A DNA stretch of 63,897 bases from an uncultured Erysipelotrichaceae bacterium. GTDB lineage: Bacteria > Bacillota_I > Bacilli_A > RFN20 > CAG-826. This document shows positions 9,677-19,358 of this stretch, piece by piece. The stretch covers positions 1-63,897 of the forward strand of contig CADCEE010000009.1 in the NCBI GenBank assembly GCA_902800355.1, written 5' to 3'. The notes below the pieces were generated by a model that was given only the letters and a program-made list of their open reading frames with translations, did no database searches and was not told where the DNA came from. How positions within the stretch are numbered: the first letter of the stretch is position 1; each line of letters begins with the position of its first letter. A program made the translations under genes and the position numbers.

Positions 9677-11374
9677 TTATTTCTTAGTAGCGTTCATAGC
9701 TGCATCAAATGCGTTTTGAAGAGCAGTTTTTGCGTCGTGATGGTTATGAACCATTCTTAAAATTAATTCAGCCATCTGAGTTCTACAAGTAGAAGATCCA
9801 ACGAATACAGGAGTTGTAAATTGGTTGTTAGCAATTTGTGGTAAGTGTGTAATGGTTGGAACATAGTTTAATAATGCTTCTTTCTTGAGAGAAATGAATT
9901 CTTTATAAGAATCAGATTCAACAGAAGAAATTCTAACTGGGTCATAAGAGTTTTCAGTTGCTAAAGCAGTATTCATATCTGGATCAGCTAACATTTTGTA
10001 GAATAACCAAGCACCAGTTGTGATTTTTGGATTTTCATTATCAAAGAAACAAATAGATGGACCTTGTTGTACATATTTTGGAGTAGAACCAGAATATGGA
10101 ACAGGGGCAACTTCAACTGCAAAGTTATCATTAACTTGATAATCAGATCCACCAGTAGAACCGATAGACATGACACATTCTCCACGAGAGAACTTATCGT
10201 TGGTATAGGAACTACCAGTTTGGTCAATTGAGTATTTTGTACAGAGATAGCTGCTAGTAATACAGCCATAAATTTCATTTAATAAAGCTTCAGCTTTAGT
10301 ATTATTAAATAATAAGTGATCAGCTTTAGATTCGATGTTATCGTTTGAGGTATATGGAATACCACGTTGCATCATTTGGGAAATAACCATGTTGGCATCA
10401 CTATCGTAACCGACAGGAGCAAAGTTAGTGTTATCAACACCGTGAGCCGCACGGTCATCAATCATTTGTTTTGCTAAAGATTTCTTAGTGATATTGCCTT
10501 GAGCGTCTTTTTGATCAATTAACATTTCATCCCATTTAGTAGGAACTTCATATGTCACTCCACCATGAGCTTCAACATATTCTTTTAATTCAGCTAATTT
10601 AGCGACATAAGCATCGTGTTTTTGACCATAATATTTGCCTAAAGCAGTTTTTGCTTTTTTAATTCCCCAATAGTTATTTGGGTCAGTATCACTTTCTTCA
10701 TCAAAGATATCATCGTTAACTGGATTATCACCCATGAAGTAGTCATAGTTATAGAACATAACTTCAGTGGATTTATACATTGGAAGTGACCAATAACCAG
10801 TAAATTGATATCCTTCACCTTCTTTAAGATATGGGGCAACAAAGTCATTAAGTTCGGCTTGTGTATATCCTAAACGCATATCTTCTTTAACTGGATTGCC
10901 AGAAGAATCTTTCTTGACGACCCAGTTGCCACTAGCGTCTTGTTCAATAACGTTAACATTAATGGTTCTTGCGTCGTTAATGAAGTTAGTTAAACGTAAG
11001 ATATCACTACCTTCGAGTCTAACACCCATATATTCAGAGAATGAATCTGGATAACCCATTGTTAAAGCTGGAACGTTACCAGAAGCAACACGGGTTTTAA
11101 CTGCACTATGTAAGCCATCATATGTAGATCCACCAGGGACTGATGCATCTAATACGAAGTGGCCAGCGTATTTGACGTTAAAAGCTTCGATAACTTTATT
11201 TAAGTTCTTGGTCTTTTCTTGACCTAAACAGTGCCAGAATTTAATGGTTACTGGGCTTGATGGGAGTTCATTGACTAATTCTTGGTCAACAACGTGGATA
11301 ATATCGCCACCACCACAAGCAGTAATGCCAAGGATTGAAGCGAATGACACTGTGAGTAATTTTAACTTTTTCAT
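9677..11374 (-). CDS. ABC transporter extracellular solute-binding lipoprotein (CUT1/Mollicutes type)
   Basis: Lipobox ITAC; IKFWH, GYPD, SLPMYKSTEVMFYN, MSIGSTGG, QQGPSIC motifs. Confidence 0.9.
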   Translation of the reverse strand: MKKLKLLTVSFASILGITACGGGDIIHVVDQELVNELPSSPVTIKFWHCLGQEKTKNLNKVIEAFNVKYAGHFVLDASVPGGSTYDGLHSAVKTRVASGNVPALTMGYPDSFSEYMGVRLEGSDILRLTNFINDARTINVNVIEQDASGNWVVKKDSSGNPVKEDMRLGYTQAELNDFVAPYLKEGEGYQFTGYWSLPMYKSTEVMFYNYDYFMGDNPVNDDIFDEESDTDPNNYWGIKKAKTALGKYYGQKHDAYVAKLAELKEYVEAHGGVTYEVPTKWDEMLIDQKDAQGNITKKSLAKQMIDDRAAHGVDNTNFAPVGYDSDANMVISQMMQRGIPYTSNDNIESKADHLLFNNTKAEALLNEIYGCITSSYLCTKYSIDQTGSSYTNDKFSRGECVMSIGSTGGSDYQVNDNFAVEVAPVPYSGSTPKYVQQGPSICFFDNENPKITTGAWLFYKMLADPDMNTALATENSYDPVRISSVESDSYKEFISLKKEALLNYVPTITHLPQIANNQFTTPVFVGSSTCRTQMAELILRMVHNHHDAKTALQNAFDAAMNATKK

Positions 11375-11391
11375 TTTTAAAGCCTCCTTTA

Positions 11392-12369
11392 TTAGCCTTT
11401 AATACCAGCACGGCCAACGCCACGCATGATATATTTTCTGAAAAATATAAATAAGAGTAATAATGGGACAGTAACAATAACTGTACCTGCCATTTGAGCA
11501 CCGAATTTAAGACCGGTATCGGTTTCACCAGGCCCTAAGAATGATGTTTCACGTAAACCGTTAGTAATAAGCCATAATTCTTTCTTTTCACTACCTAAGA
11601 TTAATTGTGGCCAAATGTAAGAGTTCCATGCACCCATCAACTTAAGGATGAAGATTGTTGTTAATGTAGGCATTGCAAGAGGGACCATGACTTTCCATAA
11701 GTAGGACCAGTCACTCTTTCCATCCACTTTCGCTGCCAAATAGAGTTCATTTGGAATTTGTTTGAAATTTTGACGTAATAAATAAATATAGAAGATAGAG
11801 ATCCAGAATGGCACAATCATCGCAGCAAAATATCCTAGATTACCATCTCCACCAATCCATCCTAATCTAGAGACTGAGATGAAGTTAGTAATAACAAACA
11901 TTTCACCTGGAATCATCATACTTCCAAGCATAAGAGCGAATAAGACGTTCTTTCCTTTGAAGTTCATCTTGGCAAAAGCATAAGCCGCTAAGATGGTAGT
12001 AACAAGAGTACCTAAGGTTGATAAGATACCAACGATAAGAGTATTTCTTAATAAAGTACCAAAGTTTAAGAACTCAAAAGCTCTAGAGTAGTTTTCCCAG
12101 TGCAAACCCATAGTTGGGAAGAAAGTAGGGACTGATGCCTTAATTTCAATTGGGTTTTTAAGTGAGGTAATAATCATCCAATAGAATGGGAAGATGATAA
12201 TTAACCCCATAACAACTAGGAATAGATATGTAAAGATAAGAGTTAGCACATGAGCAACTTTACTTGCTTTTTGTTTTCTTTCGATACTGCTATCGTTATC
12301 TTTTAAAGCAAGGACAAAATCGCTAGTTGAGGCTGCATATGGATAAGTCATTGTTTTTTCTTTTTTCAT
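11392..12369 (-). CDS. Carbohydrate-type ABC transporter permease (MalG/UgpE-like)
   Basis: PFYWMIITSLK; EAA-like loop LRQNFKQIPNELYLAAKVDG; WNSYIWP. Confidence 0.92.
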   Translation of the reverse strand: MKKEKTMTYPYAASTSDFVLALKDNDSSIERKQKASKVAHVLTLIFTYLFLVVMGLIIIFPFYWMIITSLKNPIEIKASVPTFFPTMGLHWENYSRAFEFLNFGTLLRNTLIVGILSTLGTLVTTILAAYAFAKMNFKGKNVLFALMLGSMMIPGEMFVITNFISVSRLGWIGGDGNLGYFAAMIVPFWISIFYIYLLRQNFKQIPNELYLAAKVDGKSDWSYLWKVMVPLAMPTLTTIFILKLMGAWNSYIWPQLILGSEKKELWLITNGLRETSFLGPGETDTGLKFGAQMAGTVIVTVPLLLLFIFFRKYIMRGVGRAGIKG

Positions 12370-12371
12370 AA

Positions 12372-13307
12372 TTAATAATGCACCCTCCTCTTACTAACTT
12401 TATTTTGAATTAATGTAATCGCCATAATAATGATTAACAAAATAACTGAGGCTGCGGAAGCGAATTGGACGTTATCTTTATCAACCTGATCGTAAATAAA
12501 GAACACCATCGTCTTCATGGTAGACGGCATGCCATTCGTAACGAACGCACCTCCGGATTTACCGAATAAACCGACAACCGCGTTATATTCTTTAAATGAT
12601 CCAATGAAGGATGTAATTAACATGTAAAGAATTTGTGGCGATAATAATGGAACTGTAATTTTAAGTGCGACCTTCCATTTTGGTGCACTATCAATCTTCG
12701 CGGCATCATAATATTGAGCATCAATATTTTGTAAACCACCAAGGAAGATAAGAATTTTATATGGTAGTGAGTGCCAAATGATATAGAAACAAATAGCAAA
12801 CAATCCATTAAAATATCCGACGCCAGAACCGTCCGAAGTTGAGACCCATCCTGTTTTTCCTAAACCGAATATCGCGTTAAATACACCATAATCGTAGTCA
12901 AAGACAACGGCGAACACCATACCAATAGCAATGGCGTTAGTAACATATGGCATAAAGAACACAGTTTGGAAGAATTTCTTTAAAACCTTAATAGAATTAA
13001 GACCTAAAGCAATGAGCAATGAGAACACAATGCTTAATGGAACGGTTATAAAGGTTATCAACAATGTATTTGGAAGAGCATCTTTCATGACTTGATTGAA
13101 CATGTAAGAACCTTCTTCTGTGTACGGTGTCAAAACGGCCATGTAGTTATATAAGCTAAATGAATCGTAGGCACCACTCTTGTAGTTGTAACCCTGTAAA
13201 AACGAAACATAAATGGTATTAATAATAGGGTAAAAAGTAAAGACTGCCAGTAAGATTAATACTGGTGCAAGGTACAGCCAAGCTTTCCAATTGTTTTTGC
13301 TTTCCAT
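12372..13307 (-). CDS. Carbohydrate-type ABC transporter permease (MalF/UgpA-like)
   Basis: WLYLAP, FFMPYVT, GLQNIDAQYYDAAKIDSA, ITVPLLSP. Confidence 0.92.
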   Translation of the reverse strand: MESKNNWKAWLYLAPVLILLAVFTFYPIINTIYVSFLQGYNYKSGAYDSFSLYNYMAVLTPYTEEGSYMFNQVMKDALPNTLLITFITVPLSIVFSLLIALGLNSIKVLKKFFQTVFFMPYVTNAIAIGMVFAVVFDYDYGVFNAIFGLGKTGWVSTSDGSGVGYFNGLFAICFYIIWHSLPYKILIFLGGLQNIDAQYYDAAKIDSAPKWKVALKITVPLLSPQILYMLITSFIGSFKEYNAVVGLFGKSGGAFVTNGMPSTMKTMVFFIYDQVDKDNVQFASAASVILLIIIMAITLIQNKVSKRRVHY

Positions 13308-13312
13308 ATTAT

Positions 13313-14965
13313 TTAATCGAGATAAATTCTTGGATGTTTATCATCCTCTGCATCAAACACGAATGTTTTTTGTGCTTTAATACCAAATTTGTTAACACCT
13401 AAATCAACCTTAATTAAGGAGTCGATGATAACTTTAATATCGTTTTCGTCTGTATGGTAATCGGAATCACAAACAAGGGAGACGTCTCTACCCATTGTTT
13501 GAATTTGTGTGACATTAAGTGATAAGACTCTTTCTTTTTCTGGCACATCTGGACCAGCTAAGAAGCCTTCTGGTCTAATAGCAACATCCACTTTATGTCC
13601 GTCTTCAAATTCCTTAAGTTTCTTATGGGAAAGAATAGCTTCTTCACCAACATAAACTTTTCCTTCTTTAATAACGCCGTTAAAGACGTTGATTGGTGGG
13701 GTACCTAAGAATTTAGCAACGAACAAGCAGTTTGGATTGTTATAAACTTCTTGAGGATGTGCTCTTTGCATTTGTACGCCAAGTTTCATAACGACGATAT
13801 CATCACAGATAGACATCGCTTCTTCTTGGTCGTGAGTAACGAAAATAGTTGTAATACCAGTTTCTTGTTGAATACGACGAATTTCTTCTCTAGTCTGTAA
13901 TCTCAAACGAGCATCAAGGTTAGATAATGGTTCGTCAAGTAATAACACTCTTGGTTTTTTAACAAGCGCTCTAGCGATAGCAACACGTTGTTGTTGACCA
14001 CCAGATAATTCACTTGGTTTTCTAGTCAAATATTCATCAATTTGAACAAGTCGAGCTGTCTCTTGAATAAGAGCATCCATTTCATCTTTGTTAAGTCTTC
14101 TCTTCGAGACAATCTTTTCACCATTTTGAAGCACATAGAATTTCTCATCGATAGTGAAACCTTTGCTTTCAATCTTAGCTTTTTCAGCAGCGGATTGTTC
14201 ATCGATTGCCAACACTACTTCATCGCGTTTAGCAACTCTAGCAGAGTGGACTGCTTCTTTAGCGGTTTTAAGATCGATAGCCTTTAACTCTTCTTCAAGT
14301 CCAGCTTTCTTAATGCTAAGTTCAGATTTCTTTTCTTCCTTCTTAGTGACATTAATCTTGCCTTGGAGGGAATTTATCTTCTCTTGGAGAGATTCAGCCT
14401 TCGCTAATTCTTCATTAGTAATTTTTTGGAATCCTAACTTATAAATTCTTTCTGCTAGACTGGTTGTAATGTGATAGGCTTTAATGAGTTTCCTAGCACT
14501 CATATTCTTAGAATATTTACCCTTGAATTTGGAATTAAGGATAATATCTAATACTTTGTCGAATTGTTCTAATAAAATACGTTTTAGAACAGCGTTTTTC
14601 TCCAACACTGTGGCTTTTTGTGCAGAGACAACATGTAAATTAGTAAGTGGGAATCGCACGTTGTCATAAACAGTCATGTGTGGATATAAAGCATAGTTTT
14701 GGAAGACAAGTCCAATTTCACGCTTCTCAGGTGATAAATGGGTAACGTCTTCATCGCCAAACCAAATTTCACCACTGGTTGGCGCTTTTAATCCGGCAAT
14801 CATGTAAAGAGTGGTTGATTTACCACATCCAGAAGGTCCTAATAAACCAATAAGTTCACCGTCTCTTATGTCCACGTCTAAAGAATCGACTGCGACGGCG
14901 TCTGGAATGTTCTTCGCTGGATTACCTGGAAAAACCTTAGTAAGGTTCTTCAGTTTTATTTCCAT
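13313..14965 (-). CDS. ABC transporter ATP-binding protein (MalK/UgpC-like) with large helical insertion
   Basis: Walker [20 protein letters not shown], signature [29 protein letters not shown]. About 180 extra Lys/Glu-rich residues lie between the Q-loop region and the signature. Confidence 0.93.
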   Translation of the reverse strand: MEIKLKNLTKVFPGNPAKNIPDAVAVDSLDVDIRDGELIGLLGPSGCGKSTTLYMIAGLKAPTSGEIWFGDEDVTHLSPEKREIGLVFQNYALYPHMTVYDNVRFPLTNLHVVSAQKATVLEKNAVLKRILLEQFDKVLDIILNSKFKGKYSKNMSARKLIKAYHITTSLAERIYKLGFQKITNEELAKAESLQEKINSLQGKINVTKKEEKKSELSIKKAGLEEELKAIDLKTAKEAVHSARVAKRDEVVLAIDEQSAAEKAKIESKGFTIDEKFYVLQNGEKIVSKRRLNKDEMDALIQETARLVQIDEYLTRKPSELSGGQQQRVAIARALVKKPRVLLLDEPLSNLDARLRLQTREEIRRIQQETGITTIFVTHDQEEAMSICDDIVVMKLGVQMQRAHPQEVYNNPNCLFVAKFLGTPPINVFNGVIKEGKVYVGEEAILSHKKLKEFEDGHKVDVAIRPEGFLAGPDVPEKERVLSLNVTQIQTMGRDVSLVCDSDYHTDENDIKVIIDSLIKVDLGVNKFGIKAQKTFVFDAEDDKHPRIYLD

Positions 14966-14984
14966 ATGAGATCCTCCACTTAAG

Positions 14985-15013
14985 ATTATAAAAAAAATAA
15001 TCGCGTGTGTAAA
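14985..15013 (-). promoter_or_regulatory. SigA-type promoter of the ABC/nuclease operon
   Basis: TTTACA (15008-15013), 17 nt, TATAAT (14985-14990), then SD GGAGG and ATG at 14965. Confidence 0.7.
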
Positions 15014-15025
15014 GACCGAAAAATA

Positions 15026-15967
15026 TTATTTTAGGCGGTAATCTCTGTTCTCGAGAGAGGCCTGTTTTAATGACTCTTGAGCCTCAATTCTTTCGAGGTC
15101 ATTTAGGTAAATATCTTGAGCGGTAACATCCACCATGTAGTCGTTAAAAACATAGTTCACTAAGCTACTATTTGTTTTGTTCACATACATCATGGTAATA
15201 GAGACAAAAGTAGGAATCATAAAGCTGACAAAGTTAATAGGAATAAAGACAAAGAACATGAAAACTGCTCGTAATGTATATATTCCTAATGTCTCATTTA
15301 CTGCATGAATAGTGATAAGGCCAACTTTAGATAACTTCATACCAATCGTCTGTCTGCCCCTTCTAAAAATAAAAGCCGGGAAGATATAATAGAAGATAAT
15401 GAAGGATAAAGTTGCGGAGATAATAATCTCAATTAACGCTGCAATAAAAGATATCCTAGATAAGGATACATATTCTAAGTTATTTAATAGCAAAACAACA
15501 GCGCGATCATCGACTTCGCTTTTATAAAAAGTGTATAATTGTTGAACGTCAACATTCTTCTCCACTACTTGACCATCTTTTTCTTCGAATAGCGATGAAT
15601 CCAAACGTCTTTTATCATAGATTTCCATCTGCTTTGCTATATCATCAAAGTAGGTTGGATTATGATAGAAGTAGTCAATTCCTTTTCTAAGATATTCTTT
15701 CTTATCAGTTGTATTAGGGAATTTAGCGTTATCTTCTACATAAGTTGAAATAACTATGTTATCGGTAAATATACCTGACTCATTTTTTACTTGGGCCAAT
15801 CGTTCCATGCTACGGATGTAAGAAGAAGAGTTTTTCACTACTAAATTAGAGACAGTAAATAACATAATCGCAGTGAATAAGAAAATACCGATGTCCATGA
15901 TATGGGCGAGCATTCTTCTACCAGGCTTAGCCTTCGTATACACTACTTCAGTTTTGCTATTTTCCAT
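15026..15967 (-). CDS. RDD family membrane protein
   Basis: RRMLAHIMD N-terminal motif, GRQTIGMKLSKV, TM segments and a large extracytoplasmic loop. Confidence 0.7.
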   Translation of the reverse strand: MENSKTEVVYTKAKPGRRMLAHIMDIGIFLFTAIMLFTVSNLVVKNSSSYIRSMERLAQVKNESGIFTDNIVISTYVEDNAKFPNTTDKKEYLRKGIDYFYHNPTYFDDIAKQMEIYDKRRLDSSLFEEKDGQVVEKNVDVQQLYTFYKSEVDDRAVVLLLNNLEYVSLSRISFIAALIEIIISATLSFIIFYYIFPAFIFRRGRQTIGMKLSKVGLITIHAVNETLGIYTLRAVFMFFVFIPINFVSFMIPTFVSITMMYVNKTNSSLVNYVFNDYMVDVTAQDIYLNDLERIEAQESLKQASLENRDYRLK

Positions 15968-17237
15968 CTTCTTCTATTTCATCGGAGATATCCATTCCTA
16001 CTGGAACATCAAACTCATGTTTATCTTTATGGACAATTCTAACAAAGAATGTCGATAGGTCGTAACTTTTTTTATTAAATAAAGGCATAAATAAAGAGAA
16101 AAGATTAAGCGTTAAGATAAAGATCATAATCGCTAAGAAAGAGATGTGAGGGAAGACTTTAAGTGAAGTTATACCGATATTACCAATAAGAACAAAGCTT
16201 AATAAAGCCGAACTAGAGAAGCCAATGAAGCTTAGCCCGTGAAATACTAAGTATTTCCAAATAGGTGGGTCCATCTCATCTACTTCGCACAATGCAAGCC
16301 CCATTACCTTTTGGCCAACCGTGGTCCATTCTTTAGAGAATGTTGCCACTAATACATTTAGCAACAAATAAGCAATTACATAACAAATAGCGTATACCAC
16401 AATTTGGAATCTAGAATATTTCTGACTCACCACGTTAATTTTGTTTTCAATATTCTTATAAATATGAGAGTTAGTCTCGACATCACTTATCGCTTTCTGC
16501 GTACCTTTAATAAAAGAAGTAAAAATGCTTTGATGTAAAGAAGTATCATTACGATCATTTTTATAGTAGAGTTTAATTTTCTCAGTCATCTTTGTTGTTA
16601 AAACAACATAAGTAGAAACGTCTCCCCCTCGTGCGACATAATCAACATCGTCACTACTAACAAAGTTAGAAGTATTAACTTCCATTATATATTTATATTG
16701 ATATTCATCTTTTTGTGTCGGAGTTAACTCCTCATATTTTTTGTGGACTCCATCAACTAGATAATCATTAAGTTCAGCTTGGGTGTGTTTATATTTTTGA
16801 TAATAATGAGACACATTATCTAATTGATAATATTCTCTTTCATAAATAAATGTTTCTTTAATATCGACTTCAACTTCACTATAAGTTCCATCATCATTCA
16901 TCTTAGGAAAAGTAAGATTATGAACATAAGCACTAGTTTTCGCTACTCTTTCAACATAAGACTCAGCTTCTTTTCCGACACTTAATAAATCACTACCAGT
17001 AGAGTTTAATCTTAATATTCCGGTTTCATTAATAAATTCAAAATACCCTTTTCTTTCAGAAGCAAATTCAGCGGTTATATCTTTATATAAAGATAAATTC
17101 ATTGATACCGGCATTAAAATAGCAAACAACACCATCGTCGATATAAATGTTAAAAAATAATCTATTAAACGAGAATAGATGTGTTTTTTAGCACTAGCAA
17201 TGCTATTTGGGGCGTATCTACTTGCGGTCTTCATCAT
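15957..17237 (-). CDS. RDD family membrane protein
   Basis: HIYSRLIDYFL, TTVGQKVMGL motifs; large loop; overlaps both neighbours. Confidence 0.65.
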   Translation of the reverse strand: MMKTASRYAPNSIASAKKHIYSRLIDYFLTFISTMVLFAILMPVSMNLSLYKDITAEFASERKGYFEFINETGILRLNSTGSDLLSVGKEAESYVERVAKTSAYVHNLTFPKMNDDGTYSEVEVDIKETFIYEREYYQLDNVSHYYQKYKHTQAELNDYLVDGVHKKYEELTPTQKDEYQYKYIMEVNTSNFVSSDDVDYVARGGDVSTYVVLTTKMTEKIKLYYKNDRNDTSLHQSIFTSFIKGTQKAISDVETNSHIYKNIENKINVVSQKYSRFQIVVYAICYVIAYLLLNVLVATFSKEWTTVGQKVMGLALCEVDEMDPPIWKYLVFHGLSFIGFSSSALLSFVLIGNIGITSLKVFPHISFLAIMIFILTLNLFSLFMPLFNKKSYDLSTFFVRIVHKDKHEFDVPVGMDISDEIEEDGK

Positions 17238-19357
17238 AAGTTAGGATTTATATTTTCCTTCAAATAAGTATAAAGGATATCCTTTACAGTTATATCGTAA
17301 TTTTTATAATCAAGCTGATATAAGTAAGCGTTAGATTTTTCAGTTATATAGTTAATAGAGGCCACTTTTGCATGATCTTGGTCATCAAACACCGCTGTAC
17401 CATAAGTTACATAGTAATCATAACTTAAGTATCGGTTAATGTTTTGTCTGCTACATGTTTGAATTGATAAATAATTATCAAATGGGAAAACTTTAACAAA
17501 GTCTCTTAAATACATCACTCCAGCATCGACATCATCTCTAATTCCGCCTGAGTTATGGCTAGACATGCTAACAGTTGTATTATCGAAATCTTCTTTATGA
17601 GCGTTGACATACCAATACATCGCTTCGCACGCTACCAAAGTAAAACTGTCAGAATCATATGATTTAGAGAAGTTATAAACGATTTCATTGCCTTTAGCGA
17701 TAATAGAAGCATATTTAGTTTTAATTGCATCAAAGGCAGTATCATAAACCGTACAACCAGAATAGCCATAGGTGTTAGATGTGGAATATGAAGTCACAGT
17801 ATAAGAAACACCATTTCCTTCTAAATTAATAGTCATATTACCGACATATTTGCCGTTACATCCAGCCTCTAAATAAGGAACACCATTGCATTCTCCTTTT
17901 TTAGCAATATGATCATGAGCAAAGAACATTGCATCAACATATTTATACCCAGTTTCTGGATTGATATTTGTTAAATCTTCAAATTTACTTGGATAGCCAC
18001 TACTACCAGAAAATCCGGCATCATGGAAAGCAGCAATCACCAAATCGCACCCATGTGAATTTCTTAAAAGTGAGGAATATGTTTTTATATAAGCATTTGG
18101 AGACGGAAAATAAAAATTATCAGAAATACTTCCTGTAATACTAGACCCCATATTTTCTTGAGCCCCGCCGATAATGCCAACTCTTAAATCACCTTTATCT
18201 AAAATAACATATGGAGTCAACCAAGTTGGACGAGTTTCTTGATCGGCATAAAAGATATTTGAGGAAATCATTGGGCAATTTAATTGGTCGTAGAAATTCA
18301 AAATTGCGGATTCTCCCCAGTCGAATTCATGATTACCAACGACCATCGCATCAAAACCAATTTCATTCATCGCATCAATCATGATTGCCCCACCAGTTTC
18401 ATTGCTTTCGTATCCGCCTTGAAACATGTCTCCGCCCGAAAGAACAATAGAGTAATCTGGATCTATCGCAACATGAGACTTGATGTAAGAGGAAATATAG
18501 GCCATTCCTCCTTCATAATTCTTTTGTTGTCTAGTATAAGAACCATGCGTGTCATTTATATAATAAATGTTTAAAGTATGATTAACTGTTGGACCTGTAC
18601 TTTCATTAACTTTGATGGTAAACGAAGTAGATGGATAACCCTCTTTTGTGACCTCTATGGTTTTATTTCCGTGTCCTTTTAAGATGGTGCCATCCGCGAT
18701 AGATAATTTATAATCACTAACTTCATTATCTCTTTCATCAATTATCACCAATCCGGTAGAATCAAACACCTCTCCTTCATCAAAGACTGTTTTGTTAGGT
18801 AAAGCTTGCACGTGGAGGGCTTTTTGTGGATAAACATAAATATCATAAAAAGCAGATTGATATCCTTCTTTAGATATCTCTACTGTTTGCGGTCCAACTT
18901 GAGTTAATCGTTTGGAAGTTGATATAGATATTGAGTAGTCAGTAATCTCTTCTTCATTACAAGTCACAACTAAGCCATCGATGGAAAAATATTCATTAAC
19001 AATAAATTCTGTTTTAGGCATAGAAGTAATTTTTAATACTTCTAAATTTGTAACATTAATGCTATAGGAATAGTCTTTAAATCCTGATTTAGAAATAGTA
19101 ACTGATTTAATGTTTAAATCATTAATAGTGAAAACATATCCCACTGCAATACTAGTTGTATAATCAGTAATGGTTTCGCTTAATTTATCTTTATTTGCTA
19201 ACACTAATCCTTCAGTGGTAAAAGACTCACCAACATTAAATGTTGTTTTTTTCGCGTGACTTACAACATAAAAATCATGACCCTTACTATAAGGTACACA
19301 ACCATTTAAAGTCACAACTAAGACAGTTGGAATAAATAATAGACCAACTCGTTTCAT
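17234..19357 (-). CDS. 5'-nucleotidase / calcineurin-like metallophosphoesterase lipoprotein with Big_3 Ig repeats
   Basis: Lipobox LNGC; three K-T-x-F-x-x-[GN]-E-x-F-x-x-x-GL-V repeats; NDTHG, GGDMFQG, GNHEFDWG, AHDH, NSGGIR, VFPFDN. Confidence 0.88.
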   Translation of the reverse strand: MKRVGLLFIPTVLVVTLNGCVPYSKGHDFYVVSHAKKTTFNVGESFTTEGLVLANKDKLSETITDYTTSIAVGYVFTINDLNIKSVTISKSGFKDYSYSINVTNLEVLKITSMPKTEFIVNEYFSIDGLVVTCNEEEITDYSISISTSKRLTQVGPQTVEISKEGYQSAFYDIYVYPQKALHVQALPNKTVFDEGEVFDSTGLVIIDERDNEVSDYKLSIADGTILKGHGNKTIEVTKEGYPSTSFTIKVNESTGPTVNHTLNIYYINDTHGSYTRQQKNYEGGMAYISSYIKSHVAIDPDYSIVLSGGDMFQGGYESNETGGAIMIDAMNEIGFDAMVVGNHEFDWGESAILNFYDQLNCPMISSNIFYADQETRPTWLTPYVILDKGDLRVGIIGGAQENMGSSITGSISDNFYFPSPNAYIKTYSSLLRNSHGCDLVIAAFHDAGFSGSSGYPSKFEDLTNINPETGYKYVDAMFFAHDHIAKKGECNGVPYLEAGCNGKYVGNMTINLEGNGVSYTVTSYSTSNTYGYSGCTVYDTAFDAIKTKYASIIAKGNEIVYNFSKSYDSDSFTLVACEAMYWYVNAHKEDFDNTTVSMSSHNSGGIRDDVDAGVMYLRDFVKVFPFDNYLSIQTCSRQNINRYLSYDYYVTYGTAVFDDQDHAKVASINYITEKSNAYLYQLDYKNYDITVKDILYTYLKENINPNL

Positions 19358-19358
19358 T

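Noticed and set aside
14991-14997. Poly-T in the ABC promoter spacer as a phase-variable tract
   Set aside because: A 7-8 nt A/T run is common at this base composition, unlike the G10 tract.
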